Assembly: GCA_951406725.2 (NCBI GenBank)
Contig: OX597821.1
Coordinates: 106,764,001-106,828,000, forward strand
DNA from: Octopus vulgaris
Lineage: Eukaryota
Direction of reading: 5' to 3'
DNA: 64,000 bases
In this document: positions 13,661-28,022 of the stretch, in pieces
How positions within the stretch are numbered: position 1 is the first letter of the stretch
Layout of the letters: each line of letters opens with the position of its first letter
Notes under the pieces: generated by a model
Databases searched by the model: none
The model's input: only the letters and a program-made list of their open reading frames with translations
Told to the model about the DNA's origin: nothing
Translations under genes and position numbers: made by a program

Positions 13661-14035
<375 letters not shown>

Positions 14036-14200
14036 AAATATATATATATATATACATAAGTAGACAAATGAATTATCTTATTACGGATAATTCGAAAGAT
14101 AACCGATACCTGGGTAGCAAAATTCACAACAGAAAGGGCACGGTTGAAGTTACGACCATAGGGCATAAAATCCGTGCCTTAGTGCGGAAATTTGAAGTTT

Positions 14201-14343
14201 ATATATTAAGTATAGGAAAGAATGGTGCTGAACGAAGATTTAAGAAAATTCCTTTATTTTATTTTCGACATATCGAAACATTTGTCGAAAATAAAATAAA
14301 GGAATTTTGTTAAATCTTCGTTCACCTCCATTCTTTCCTATAC

Positions 14344-14352
<9 letters not shown>
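14201..14352. repeat. Hairpin, 70 bp arms, 12 nt loop
   Basis: Three mismatches between arms. Confidence 0.9.
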
Positions 14353-14377
<25 letters not shown>

Positions 14378-14630
14378 CATTTCTTAGAATTTATAGTCAA
14401 AATATCTAATGTAATGGGGTCCGTGCATTGTTGTCTTCGTTAATTCACTTGTCATTTAAACGAAAATGTACGCTGAGTAAGTGCCATAGCTGGTCGACCG
14501 CTAGGTTTCAAAATCACAGCTAAGGCTAGATCCGTATTTGGATTTCGTTATGGCAAGCATATATTATATTTGAGGAAAAATCAAACAACAAGGCAGACCG
14601 AGTATCTCAATTCATTACAATAATTCGATT

Positions 14631-15080
14631 TGGATAAGGTGAATTTTAAGTCTTACATCCTTTTCTGAAGTAACCACACGTCGGGCATTCCGTCATCAGA
14701 GACAAGCTATGGATATTTTAGACAGGGACAATTTACAGTTTATAAGGACAAGATAGAAGAATAAAGGAATAATAAAAAGTTAAAGAATAGTTGTCGTCAG
14801 AAGAATATAGATAGGAGAATAACGTTCACAACTCATATTATTCCAGAGTTTATAGATTTGTGAACATTATTCTCCCTATATTCATCTAACTACGTTTACT
14901 CTTCATTCTTGTGCTTTATCCCTAATAAACTGTGAATTTTATTCTTTGTAAACTGTGAATTTTCCCTGTTTAAAATATTCATACCTTGTCTCTGAGAACG
15001 GAATTATCGTGAGGAGACGCTAACCTAACACTTGAGTATCCCAGAAACGGCTGTAAGACTTGAAATTCACTTAACCCACT
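14631..15080. repeat. Imperfect ~450 bp fold-back of pLTR-like sequence
   Basis: Both arms carry decayed hammerhead cores (ctgatga / ctgagaa...gaaac). Confidence 0.7.
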
Positions 15081-16120
15081 TGAAATCAATCTATATTATT
15101 GGCTTTCGATTTTTCCTCTAATATATAATATATAAAATACATATATGCATGTATGCATGTTTGTTTATGTGTGTATGTATGCATACACACACAAACACAC
15201 ACACGCTCAGGCACACACACACACAAATTTATATATACACGTATTAATTTGAAATTGTCTGTCGATAGCGTAAATTCATGTATACATAGACGCTCATAAA
15301 TATATTTAATGTTCTCTTTAAATACATAGGCGTGCATGTGTGTGCATATCTATGTTTATTTGAATGAATGTTTGTGTGTGTAATCCGATTTCTTCGTTTC
15401 CTTTGCATATAGAAAACGTTAACTTATTACCTAAGTGTCCTTGTTTGTTCATTCGAAATAAAGAGTTTTATATAGCAATTGACATGTTAAGACATGAACT
15501 GGGATGGTGTTTTATGCATATTTTAATATGTATCCAACTAAATGCATTCTTATTATATATTCACTTTGAAGTGTTATTATTCTCATATGCATACACTACA
15601 TAAGACAATGCAAAACCCTTGCAATATGTCGCACTTATGTAAGTACAGAAAGAAACTTGTATGTCTAATGCATAATATATCCATATACATAAATTGAAAG
15701 ACGTAGCAGAAAGCACTTAGCAATAAAACGCATAATACTAAGCATATACTCAACACACACACACACACACACATAGATTGCGTTGCATCGTCATGTATTC
15801 CTGTAATTATTAGTTTATTAATTCAATTCTGACAGTTTATATTTCACCGTGCTGCCCGGACAAACATAATATAGATACAAATTTGCAAATGATTATTTTG
15901 AAAGTCGAAGTTATACGATTAATTAATCGAGAAGAAACTTACTGCGTGTCTTCTGTTAGTGTTGTCAAAATCAAACAAGACGAGATTACAATAAGATAAG
16001 CGAATGTAAACGGTACACATTCATTTTTAATTTAGATCTCAAAACACAGACACACATACTGAGATAAATATACACACATATTACACATATACCAATAAAT
16101 ATTTAGACGAAGTTCCATGG

Positions 16121-16156
<36 letters not shown>

Positions 16157-16419
16157 ATATATTAATCAATATAGGGTGGCAAAAAAATTTTGTAGAATTC
16201 TTTTGCCACCAGCGGCCTAGTAGGAAAAAATTAAATAGTCATAAACCATTTTTACGTTCAACATCACAATAAGAAGCCATATACTATAACAAAAAGTAAC
16301 CAAAATAAAATACCGTAAACCAGGAGAGAAAAGTTTTTCAATTTTCTCTGTTTATTTTTATTGGTACTTCTTTATTTCTAGTGTGATTAATTCTTTTATA
16401 TATTTTATATATATATGAG

Positions 16420-16990
16420 GCAAGATGTGTGTGTGTGTATGTATTTTTAATTTATGCACATCCACAAATTAGCACGCATGCCGCTCAAATTTTAGGAGGA
16501 CATTCGTCACGATCCTAGCTGTATTTTCGTCAAATTATCTTCCCCGTGACACCCGCGAATAGCGGTAAATAATTTTGAACCTAAACTTCTAAATTTTTAC
16601 GATGGCGAAAGCTACCATTGTTTACAAAGTAAACATGAGTTAAGTCCCCTCCTAGCGACGGTGTAAAGAGAGGGAGGGAGAGGGAGGGAGATAGAGAGAG
16701 ATAGCAGATTTTTAAAATTTTGTCCTTTTACTGGCAATAACAGACAGACAGGTGTTGTTATGTATGTATGTTGGAATGGCTTCAGTCACACATACACACA
16801 CACGAGCATGTATGCGTAAATGACACATGTATGCAATGTTTGTGAGTGTGTGTTGCGCGTATATATATATATATATATACGGGCAACATAAACGATATTC
16901 TCTGTTTCTCCACAACTAATTTCCAAATTAGCTGAATATGTTGCTCTACTCATAGCGATATATAGCTGGTCGTGCGTGAACATGGGAGAG
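16420..16990. mobile_element. Helitron remnants including Pif1-type helicase C-terminus on minus strand (16880-16983)
   Basis: FTHDQLYIAMSRAT...ETENIVY resembles FSHGQLYVALSRV...T.NIVY. Confidence 0.7.
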
Positions 16991-17295
16991 AGCAGAGGTT
17001 ACCAGAACAAAAGACCTACATGTTGACGGTAGACACGCTCCTTCGCAAACGGTCAGCTATTATTTTGATCCGGTCATAAAAACAAACAAAAAGTAGTGTA
17101 ATATTTGTAAAACAACTTCCTCTAAACGAATATGGCCAAACAATGCGCGCTCGCGAAAGTGAGTTGCGGGAGAGGATTCAGAAAATTCACATCTTCAGTC
17201 CATGGCATTTAAACTATAGTGTTTAACCCGGGTCGGAAAAAAAAAAATAGCGTAATTGGTGTAAAACAACTTCCTCTAAACGATTATCAAGAACA

Positions 17296-17348
<53 letters not shown>

Positions 17349-17939
17349 TCAACTCCATAATAATAGTAATAATGATAACAACGACAACAACATATACTAA
17401 AGATGGTGCTATGGCCTTTTCTTTGATAATATCTTTCTTGCTTATTTAAATTCAGTTCAATGCACACTTGCCTTGAACCAACCAATTCACTTTGTGTGTG
17501 CGTGTTCTTGACAATAGTTTAGAACAAGTTGTTTTACGCCTATTACACACGTAAAATTCTCGGTGTGAATTTTCCGAGGCCTCTTCCCTACCCCACTTTC
17601 GCGAGCGCGCATGTTTTGGTCATATTCATTTAGCGGAAGTTGTTTTACGCCTATTAAGCTATTTTTTGTTTGTTTTTATAACCGGCTCAAACGCTTCTGT
17701 TTGACCAAGAGAAGTATGACTTTCACATCTCTGCGGGAGAAGATAGGCTTCTCTATTTCTGTTACAAAACTTACTTCCGGGTGCCAAATTTGCTTCAATT
17801 GAAGGTATTACTCGGGTAGGAGGTGGTGGTAGGACAGTGGCAGGGGCAAAGGCGTGCAAAAACATGTATGCAATAGGTGTATCTCCGTATATGTATGTGT
17901 GTGTGCGTGCGTGTGTTTTGCCCATATATATAAAATTAG

Positions 17940-18215
17940 TTGTGATCTGAACATAACCGCTTCTCACACAGAGAATCGGGACCCCTTTTGGGCGTTCTAT
18001 TTTCCTTGCAGGAAGGGTTTTCAACCCATGGGCAAAGTGGGGTTACATGAAAAAAAAATCGAGAAACCGATTTCTTATGGGATTTCCCAATCAAATTGTC
18101 AGCAAAATTGCAGCCAAAAGTTTACCAATTTCAACAGATTTCTCCCAAATTTGACAAAGAGCTTGATTAGTTTAATAATCCTAACTTAATCCCGAGCAAA
18201 GCCGGGCTATACATT
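17940..18215 (+). mobile_element. Helitron 3' end remnant
   Basis: cccgagcaaagccggg subterminal hairpin like that at 28109-28140. Confidence 0.5.
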
Positions 18216-18309
18216 TCACTGTTACACACGGAAGAAAAAGATTTACCGTTACCATATGGTAAAGATATAGAAAGAATATTCCATTCCAAATCAAATTGTT
18301 TATTATGAT

Positions 18310-19580
18310 ACTTTAGCTCTCAGATTAATTTACTAAACCCAATAGTGTTACGTTTATTTATATGTCTAAATGTAGAGTAATGATTAGATATTATTTCTGA
18401 CTACTGAGGTGAAGAACTATCTATACAAAAATAGACGCCAGTACCGGAAGTATTTTGCTGTGATAAATATAGTTTCTAGTCTTAGAATTACTGCTATGAA
18501 AACGAATGCGATTGGTGTCAACATCATAAACACTGACACCGCTGCTATTATTATTTAAAGAATGGGTAGTGTTAATAAAATCAATGCTACTATTTTCATT
18601 AACTTTGTATTTAACAACTTATTATTATGGGAAAAGATGATTCGTGAATTTTTTTTTTTTTTTGCGTTAGGAAATCTTATCCTGATTCTGTGTGAATTAA
18701 TAATCGAATAGTATCTTGAATTTCTTGGGAAGTTCTTTTCTATAGCTTCCCGAAACTGGTAAGGGAGGTTGGATTTGATCTGCTTACCATACAAAATTAT
18801 TATTCAAACAGTTTTACTAGGACATACCCTGCTATTAAGGTAATTATCTTAAAATGGCAGGTCTAAAAAATGGCAGGTCTAAAAAATGGCAGGTCTCCCT
18901 TACGCAGCAGATTTACATTACTCGATTTGGTGATGTGATTCGAAATAAAATTAATATTTTTAACATCGTTTTAACTCGATTTCATGTCCAGATTAATAGA
19001 GGTAGAATTAATGTCCATAGGGTTAATATAGGTAATTTTCTCTTTACAGGCCAAGTTATAAAATTCAGATTTATCGTTGACGATATTAACATTAGCAGAT
19101 AATCTGGATATTCTAAGTGAAGTATTCCTAACTAAATTCTTTGTAATAGCCTTAGAGTGATTACTGAAATAGCTAATATATTTTTAATTATTTCCGGGTT
19201 TATGGTATAGGAAATACGAATCATTTTGCAAGTTAAGGATAATATCCAAAAAGTTGGCTTTAGTTAAATCATCGTCAAAACAATGTTTAAGCCCATGTTT
19301 CGGAAAATATTTATTCTTGAACCTTTATAATTTTTGGTTAGAAGCCCTTTGAAGGTAGAGTAGAAAAATCATCGCGATATAGACATACATTGGTGTTTGG
19401 GAACTGGTCCGCCATCTCATAAAGGATATATATACCGACCAAATCAGCGATTTGTGCAGAATCAGAACTTCCCATTGGATGTATCTTTCCGGACCCATAG
19501 ATTGTTATCGAATTTAATAGTAACTTTTCCTACCAGGCCTCTAATAGATTTGTGACTTCTATTTTTAGCGATGCAAGTAC
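18310..19580 (-). mobile_element. Degenerate Penelope-like element (RT core to GIY-YIG)
   Basis: MGSSDSAQIADLVGIYIL...LYRDD; thumb region similar to ORF 19979-20674. Confidence 0.75.
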
Positions 19581-19978
19581 TATATATATATATATATATA
19601 TATAGATGAGTGTATTTTTACCTTGTGAACAATTAACACGGAAAAATAAATAAATAATTACCAGGGCAGCAAAAATCTCACAAGTAAAGTTGTTGTAATC
19701 CTTGTTTATAAAGGTAGAAACTTCGTATTTACGTTGAATATTTGAATAATATGAATAAAAAATGGAGTTAACGCAGGGGTAAACAAATATTTTTACTTTC
19801 GACACATGTTTCGAAAATTCCACTGATGCTATTCAAAAGAATAAATGGTATAAACAATGCAATCTTCTCTTCGGGAAAGTGAAAAAAACGAAACTCGTCA
19901 ATACGACATTTAATCCCCTATTATAAGTAAATATAACACCTTCAAAAGTAATTACGCTATGAATACTAGTAAAAATAT

Positions 19979-20674
19979 TTGGTTAATAATTCCTTACGGG
20001 AGAAAATTAAATCTAATCTCCCACTGCTGTTTCGTCAAGCTATTGCTAGGAATTTTCCAAACAATTCTAGATATTATTCTATAATTAATTCACATAAGGT
20101 TAGGATAGGTTTTTCAAACACAAAAAATCTCTTGCAAATTATATATTCTCATAATAGCAAACTGTTAAATATTAATACATTTACTAATACTAACATTAAT
20201 TTAGCTAATACCATCCAACCCTCTAGAAATATTAATAACAAAGTTATTTTATCTGAAGTCAATTCCAATAGAATTAAATTTATGTCAAGTAACTCTAAGA
20301 TTAAAAATTCTATATACCAATGTATAATCACTACTCATAATAAAGTACGATTTTACATTGGAAGCACATCGTTAGAGTTATCTAAAAGAATTTCTATCCA
20401 TTACTCAACATTTAGGGATAGAAATAAACGGAATAGTACCGGTCTCAGCAAACTGATTTGGGATTTAAACGACCACAATGAACAATTTCATTTAGAATGG
20501 TCGATCCTCTCAATTTCGATACCATATGACAAAGGCAAGAAATTCTGTCTTCTCTGCAATTCTGAGCTATTTTTCATTATTTTGTTTTCTAAAAATACTC
20601 TAGTAAACACGGTTATAGAGCGAGCATACAGATGTAAGCATTGGCAAAAACATACCTTTAGTGCATATAAGTAG
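19979..20674 (+). CDS. Penelope-like RT thumb + GIY-YIG endonuclease fragment (possibly Naiad-type)
   Basis: SIYQC...FYIGST...R...H...STGLSKLIWDL...FCLLCNSE...RCKH. Confidence 0.8.
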   Translation: MVNNSLREKIKSNLPLLFRQAIARNFPNNSRYYSIINSHKVRIGFSNTKNLLQIIYSHNSKLLNINTFTNTNINLANTIQPSRNINNKVILSEVNSNRIKFMSSNSKIKNSIYQCIITTHNKVRFYIGSTSLELSKRISIHYSTFRDRNKRNSTGLSKLIWDLNDHNEQFHLEWSILSISIPYDKGKKFCLLCNSELFFIILFSKNTLVNTVIERAYRCKHWQKHTFSAYK

Positions 20675-20875
20675 TCTCTATCATTATATATAATTTAAAC
20701 TTTAATTTCCTTTATATTTAACATTCACTATTAATATCCCTACACTTTCTGTTAGCTACTTATGACGTTATATCATATAACGTTTTTTTAAACAATATTA
20801 ATAGCTTTCTGTCTATCGCTATACAAATCCATCATTTTTTGCTAAAATGTCGTATTGACGAGTTTCGTTTTTTTC

Positions 20876-20961
20876 ACTTTCCCGAAGAGAAGATTGCATT
20901 GTTTATACCATTTATTCTTTTGAATAGTATCAGTGGAATTTTCGAAACATGTGTCGAAAGT
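20876..20961 (+). ncRNA. Type I hammerhead ribozyme variant in pLTR (inverted copy 19795-19880)
   Basis: actttc CCGAAGA gaagatt...aattttc GAAAC atgt GTC gaaagt: 6-bp stem I, 7-bp stem II, GUC site. Confidence 0.7.
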
Positions 20962-21004
20962 AAAAATATTTGTTTACACCTGCGTTAACTCCATCTTTTA
21001 TTCA

Positions 21005-21040
<36 letters not shown>

Positions 21041-21086
21041 TAAAAGATGGAGTTAACGCAAGTGTAAACAAATATTTTTACTTTCG

Positions 21087-21160
<74 letters not shown>

Positions 21161-21236
21161 TTATATATATATACATATATAAACATATATATTATAGTGT
21201 ATATATATATATACATATATATATATAAATATATCT

Positions 21237-21294
<58 letters not shown>

Positions 21295-21295
<1 letters not shown>

Positions 21296-21975
21296 CTTGA
21301 TCACCTTGACTGACCAGTCCGTCGGGCGTCCATTTGACACCGCTCGTGTAATCACACTGTCCACTCCTCTCTGGATCGTTCCTTACTCATCCATTTGATC
21401 CCAATCGCACACCTGAGATCGTAATTCCACCGTCGTGGAGGCCTTCCGAGTGGTCGTTTCTGCTCGCGCGGGTATCACTCGATAAATGCACGGGCCCACC
21501 GATTATCGGTCAGCTGGGTGACGTGTCCAGCCCATCTAAACTTGCTGCGTGTATATTCTGCGATGACATCCCAAACGCCGGACTTCTCTCTGATGACCTC
21601 GCTACTGATGTACTCTGTCAACGAGATTCCAAGCATTGACCTCTCAATGGCTCTTTGACCCGTTACCAATCTCTGTTCTACTCTATTTGTTGGAGCCCAT
21701 GTTTCACTACCATATAACATTGCAGGTAGAACTGTGCTATTGATGAGGTTGGCGCGGGTGGTCCTGTCCAACCTTCAATTGAGCACATCCCTTATGCCAG
21801 TAAACGCCTTCCATCCGGCCCTTACTCTTCGTGAGATCTTTTCGTTATCTCGGCACTTATTCACTACCTGTCCCAGGTATACATATTTCTTTACCTCTTC
21901 TATTTCTTCACTGCCGATCACCATTCGACCTGTTGGTACGTTGTCTGACCGCATGAACTTCGGTCAAGTTCATGC
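21295..21975 (-). mobile_element. RTE-clade LINE 3' fragment
   Basis: VLPAMLYGSETW...FRWAGHV...KRPLGRPPRRW. Confidence 0.88.
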
Positions 21976-22023
21976 GAAGTATATATACATACATATATAC
22001 ATACATACATAATACATACATGC

Positions 22024-22087
<64 letters not shown>

Positions 22088-23117
22088 CTTAGGGAGAGAA
22101 TTCACAAAAAGAAACAGAAGACGAAGACAGGTGGTGTAGACAACAAACAGATTTATTAGTATAACGCTCGGGAAGTGAAGAAATCTTTAACTTTTTGAGC
22201 CTACGCACTTCTTCAGATGTAAACAACATTGGTGAGTAAAAATATATATAAGTGCATATATGAATATATCAACTGTTTCCAGAATTTCTGAAGAATTTAA
22301 AACAAGCCATGGCAATGAAACACCTAAAAGTAATTATATATAAATATGTAAATACACGACTGGTGCTTAAATTTTCCTATTCCATCAAACATAGGCGAAT
22401 AGGGTTTGTAATTAAATATCTAGAGAGTAATATATGAAACTTTTGCAAACAAGTTTGGTTTTTTAATATCACGTATTTTCAGCGAGAATATATTTATATG
22501 TAGCACGGAATTTTGTCAGTGAACAGGTCGCGGTCTCATAGCGGCGAAAATATTTTGACAAATTAAATTTAAATGCTGAAGTGAATCTAATAGTTTTTGT
22601 GTGTTTCTCAAATGGCTTATAAACACCTTTCACGCTGCAATTGTTTTTGTTCCAGCACACATTCTCAGATCAGGTCACTTGCTATGCAAGTACATCTCCG
22701 TAATATTTATATGTGCTTTCGTAAAATTACATTTTTGATAAAATTCTAAGATTTTACAGAACTGTGTTACTTTTCCATTCATTCTTTTCTTTTTTCTAAT
22801 TTCGTACTTCTTGTAACAGATTTTTGTGTCAACTTTCACGATCTGTAAGATTAATCACGCAATCTACATATACTTTCAATGGGTTACTCGATTTAATTTT
22901 CCATTAAATTCTGTTATGTTTATATTTCTCAGGATAAAACCTAACAATCAACGGGGAAAGAAATACTGTCCTTACCAACCTTATTTGTCATTGCGCATGT
23001 ATTCCGATCATAATTTATATATACCATACAACATACCCTGGAGTAAATCACTAATTCGATATCAGAAGAATCAATCCGATTAACATCGAAGTACGTTAAT
23101 CTGTAGTAATTAATCTA

Positions 23118-23760
23118 TTACAGTCTATAAATACAATATTTAATGTTGTTGTCATTGTACCTATTTAAATTCCAACGTATTTTTGTGAACGACTTTTCAG
23201 TCTCGGACAAGCATTGGATGGTATTCACCTTACTATATATTGCATATTTTGGTGGTAGTTGATGTATCGATATTTCATCTGGGACCGTTGTTATTCCCCC
23301 ATAGATGTTCGCTTCATTCTCCTTATTGAATTCTGCTGGTAGTGGGACATCTTCCATAATAATTCCGTTTATTGTATCTGGATACTTCTGTTTTTCTTCT
23401 TTTGCGAGATTATAATGATGTTTATGTTTTAACCACGACAATTTCTTTTTAAAATGGATATTGCACTGGTGTATTACGTGTCTGTATTCTTCATATATTA
23501 TATCCATAAGTGACGTTTTCTCTTTTCGTGTGGTGATGTTTTTAATTTTTTTTTTTAAATATACGTTTACGCTTTTCTTGCTCGCTTAGCTCTCTGTATA
23601 TTTTGATTTTAATATTTACCATCAGCGTCCTTTTTAGCTTTTCAGTCTGTCCTTTGGTGAGATCAAGCCGTTCAACGTTGGCTGTTACTTTGTTGATACA
23701 TATTTTGGACGAGACAGATTGTTTTATAAATTGAAACTGTTGAGTTGTCACAGTTTTTCG
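23118..23760 (-). mobile_element. Probable Penelope-like N-terminal ORF relic
   Basis: QLPPKYAIY...ETEKSFTKIRWN resembles the PLE pre-RT region; disrupted. Confidence 0.45.
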
Positions 23761-24327
23761 TAGGCAACAGAATATAGTGTCCTTCAGCTTCTTGTGAGCC
23801 TAGCTATGGCTCACGTTATTACGTTTATATATTTGTCGTGCAAGATTTTTTTATGTGAATTCATGTGTTGAAACAGATATTGTTGTATTTACGAATGGTC
23901 ATTTTGCCAGTTTAGCCAATAAAAACACACGCACTATATATTTGGTGTTACTTTGCTTCAGTGTTATTTATTTTTTACATTAAGCTTAATTTTCTTTCGG
24001 CCAGAGAACTTTCGCCACACTCCTGTGACCGCATCAGTGGTCCTTTGCTTTCTTCTTTCTTATTTGTGTCTCTCCTTATTAACCTTCAGTCATTTTGTAT
24101 TTCTATTGTATGTGTATTCATTTGCGCTTGCGCATATCTCTATGTGCGTCTATGTTTAGTTAGTGTGTATGTGTGTGTGGGGGAATGCCTGTAATATTTG
24201 TATCTTCTATTTATATACGTTCCTGTGATTTGTTTTTTGTTTTTGTTTATTCTTAATTGTTTTATTATTATTATTATTATTTTTTATATTGTACATGTTT
24301 ACATGCATTTATTATTATCATCATTAT

Positions 24328-24800
24328 TGAGTGAGAGAGTAGTGCATGCCATCAAAGTGACACTGGGGGTAAAATATATTAAGCCCAGTATACCCACCAT
24401 GACTACCCGTCTGATAAGGGTACACCAGGCACATGGATCACAACAATATGTGCGCGACATGATGATCTCATATCAAGATAAACAGCACATGACCTTGTAG
24501 GTGGGGCCCAGTTAGAATTTTCTTCTCGTCGAGTAACCCATCCTGCGCAAAAGGTCCCTGAATAAGGCTTGTTTAAGGATGTTGAACGAAACACCCATGT
24601 TTCCAGAGATGAACTATTCAAACTCCAAAGAATCCCTCTCAACATATGGATATGATACTCCCCCACCACTTCTGCTCGTGATCAGAGATGCACATATCAT
24701 CAGCCACTAAGGGACATGCTCAACTGGTTAAGGTCAAACAACTGACAAGTAAATCTGTGGTATTGAGCAGAATATTTACTGTAGCCCACCTTTTATAACA
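24328..24800 (-). mobile_element. Same non-autonomous repeat, 5'-truncated
   Basis: Reverse complement of ~3535-4002. Confidence 0.8.
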
Positions 24801-25101
24801 ACAATTTTTATATTTAGATATATCTGAGGTACTTAAATGTACTTATGTTCTTTGCTTCGGCTTTTTTCCATAGGCGCATGTAAGTATCTTAATTATATTC
24901 TCTCGTAAGCTCTACCGATGAAGAACAAATTCTTTATGAGATTAATTCCGAAATTGATTCAATATAGAGATGACGAAATTTAAATATTCTAACGGTTAGT
25001 TGCCCGACTTCAGTTCAATTTTTCTGTAGCAAGTGGATTATATGTGGAAAATCAGTATATTGGCTTTGGAATAATCTTCTTTAGCCCTTGCTTATAAGAT
25101 A

Positions 25102-25174
<73 letters not shown>

Positions 25175-26075
25175 TATAGGATAACATTTTGGGGAATAAA
25201 TTCTTTCTTTGGCCAGCATATTAAAAGATACCTTTAAAGGTTAAATTTATAAACAACATATGAACAAGGGCAAAAGAAAAGAATTCTAATGCCAAATATG
25301 CCGAAAATAGACAAATCGTCAGTAACCATATAATTCAGCACTATACGCACGCGTATCGAAGTAAACCGACAGACATTTTAAAAAAAATTCCGTTATTATC
25401 TCATCGGCCCAGATTTCAGAGGTATTTCATACGAATTTTCTCCTCGTCAGTGAAAAATACGGTAAGAAAGAAATGAAATACTTACTTATACCTATGGAAG
25501 AAGCAAGCACTAAGTCATGAGCACAATTAAGTACCCCAAATATAGTCAAAATAGAAATTCTTCAGCATACCTCGAATCACGTGCGATCGGACTGAAAACT
25601 CTCGTAGAGTGAGAGAGTCCGGTAGTGAACAATATTAAATTTACATCTAATATAGGATAAAATTCTTTGGAAAAAATTCTATCAATGGCCAGCATATTAT
25701 AAAATACTTTTAAAGGTTAAATTTATAAACAAATTATAAACAAGGACAAAAGATAAAAATTCTTATGCCAAATATGTCGAAAATAGACAAATCGTCAACA
25801 ACCATATAATTCATCACGCGTCTGGAAGTAAACCGAATGAAATTTGTAAAAAATTTTGTTATTATCATATCGGCCCCGATTTCAGAGTTAATTCATAAGA
25901 ATCTTCTCCTCGAGAATAAATAAGAATTGTTTATAAATTTAACCTTTAAAGGTAATATTTAATATGCTGGCCATTGATAGAATAATTTTCGGCATGTTAA
26001 AAGAATCATTATCGGTAAACTTAAACAATAATATTTATAATTATGCGTATAAATATAATTAGGGTTCAGCAAAAA

Positions 26076-26194
26076 AATTTGCCTCAACACATACCGAAAT
26101 TTAGAAACAGCATCCTCGAAAACTAGGTTTGGTAGAGAAATAGCTAGTTTTCTTGGCTTCTATTTCTAAATTTCGGTATGTGGTGAAGCAAATT
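26076..26194. repeat. Hairpin, ~50 bp arms (sister 46645-46762)
   Basis: cacataccgaaatttagaaa / tttctaaatttcggtatgtg. Confidence 0.8.
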
Positions 26195-26485
26195 AAGGGC
26201 AATTCCTTTCGAGTTGCTTCAGATTAATCATCTAAAGTTTGGTAACAGTCGAATTGTAATACAGCCTTTTATACTCCCACTTGTCACATTCTCCAGTTCC
26301 AGGAGGATCTCTGAAAATATTTTTCTACTTACGATTACATAGTCACTTGACTAATAACCGAACACTTACTATCAGCCACTAAGATATACAACCTATAATC
26401 AACAGCTCTGTTTGATTTCGTTGGTTTCCTAAAAATACAAATATTAGACAGAACTGATATCAAATAAATATCATATAAAACTTAC

Positions 26486-27436
26486 CGATTTATTTAAACG
26501 AATTCCACTCCAAATCATTATGATCTCATACATCAGATAATATGATGCCATAGATATTAAGAAAATGAATTTATGTAATTCATTTTCGTATGATTCATTT
26601 ATAATTCCGTAAGTTGCAATACAACATCCTATAACACTGCTAAGTACGACATATGCTGTGGAAAGACGTAATGATTCATTGAGTAATTTCAGCATTCTAC
26701 TCAAAGTATCATGAGTTTTACATATTTCTGTAATCTCTATCTCTCTCTTGAAGAAAATAAACTTCTCTGATTGCTGTTCCTTTACATAGCGTTGAACATC
26801 ACTCGTCACTTTGTTAAACTCATAATTCAGTGTGCTTCCGATCATTAGATTTACGTAAAAGTCAAGTTGCAGGGAAGCGATTGACATGCAGTTAAATGCA
26901 AGATGTAGTGCGAAATATAGAAGGTGATAAGTATTGTTGATTGGTACAGGAAATAGAATGAAACGCATAAAATCATGATTGGACTGTGTAAAAATATAAT
27001 CTTGAATCGTGAAAACAGTTAACGGGAACAATATAAAAAAGCATAGTGATTTATACGAAAAGAATATATTAGAGATATAGAATTTTCTATCATCTTCTTC
27101 AATTTTAAGTTCGGTGAATGCTTCAATTAGTTGTGTGTCGTTCGGTTTCTTGAAGAGTTTCATCAGACCATATATTGTTAAAAAGCTCTGGTTAATTATC
27201 GTGTAAATATAAAAAAGGGTTTCCGCAGTTGATCTATTTTTCATTTGTATTGCACTAATAGTGAACAAAATTGGAGCTACAGTCAAATATAAGCAGTACA
27301 CAGCGTAAAAACTATAGAAAAATATTGAGATAAATTTTTGAGATTTTAATGACGTTGTATTCGCAAACGATTTCCAAATATTTATTTTACGATAAAATTC
27401 CAGCAGTTTAAAGATTTGTGTTTCATTTGATTTCAT
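26486..27436 (-). CDS. GRL first exon B (317 codons, intact); no private downstream exons found
   Basis: Open ORF MKSNETQI...GIRLNKS, donor TCG|GTAAGT at the position homologous to gene A. Confidence 0.8.
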
Positions 27437-27511
27437 GCTTATTATAATTTTGTGACATCCAGAAAATTCTTCCCATTTAGCAAACGAAATCCTTAGAATA
27501 GAATAAGCAGG

Positions 27512-27519
27512 TTTTATAT
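27512..27519 (-). promoter_or_regulatory. Putative TATA box of GRL exon 1B
   Basis: ATATAAAA 77 nt upstream of ATG. Confidence 0.5.
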
Positions 27520-27934
27520 CTTAATGAGTTTAATAATCCTTGTATGTGGAATTATAATACAAATTATTAAAATCCAGATATACAATATTGACAAATGCTT
27601 GATATTAATTTTGATATTTCATTTAGAGAGAAAAATGTCTGCAATTAATTTCGGGGGAATCACTAAGATTCTAATATATATGTGCTCCCATGTAGTTGTT
27701 AGATTGTTATAGGTAAAAAAACGTTGCATATAATTTGCTACACAATATATTCTCTATTCAAAAGGAAATAGATTTGATTAACTTCAGTAAGATGCATTGA
27801 CTGTCGACTGCATACAACGGTTCAGTTGCCTGTATGATTCTATTAGTAATCTATGAAAAAAGCTATTAGTCCTTACATTCGATAAATATACGTCTGTATA
27901 TGTTGTTTTCCTAGTGTTACCTGCATATATATAC

Positions 27935-28022
<88 letters not shown>

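Larger units (their letters stand above)
19752..21004 (+). mobile_element. 5'-truncated Penelope-like element bounded by inverted pLTRs
   Basis: 19752-19911 is the reverse complement of 20845-21004; encloses GIY-YIG ORF; (TA)n nearby on both sides. Confidence 0.85.

Noticed and set aside
19979-20674. Selenocysteine recoding as reported for some Naiad elements
   Set aside because: The fragment is open with ordinary Cys codons; no in-frame TGA seen
26232-26310. Cryptic acceptor 175 nt below the exon 1B donor; one frame reads DPPGTGECDKWEYKRLYYNSTVTKL, faintly SLC22-like
   Set aside because: In frame with exon 1B it gives RSSWNWRM* with no TM7; the transporter resemblance is too short and unsupported by other exons
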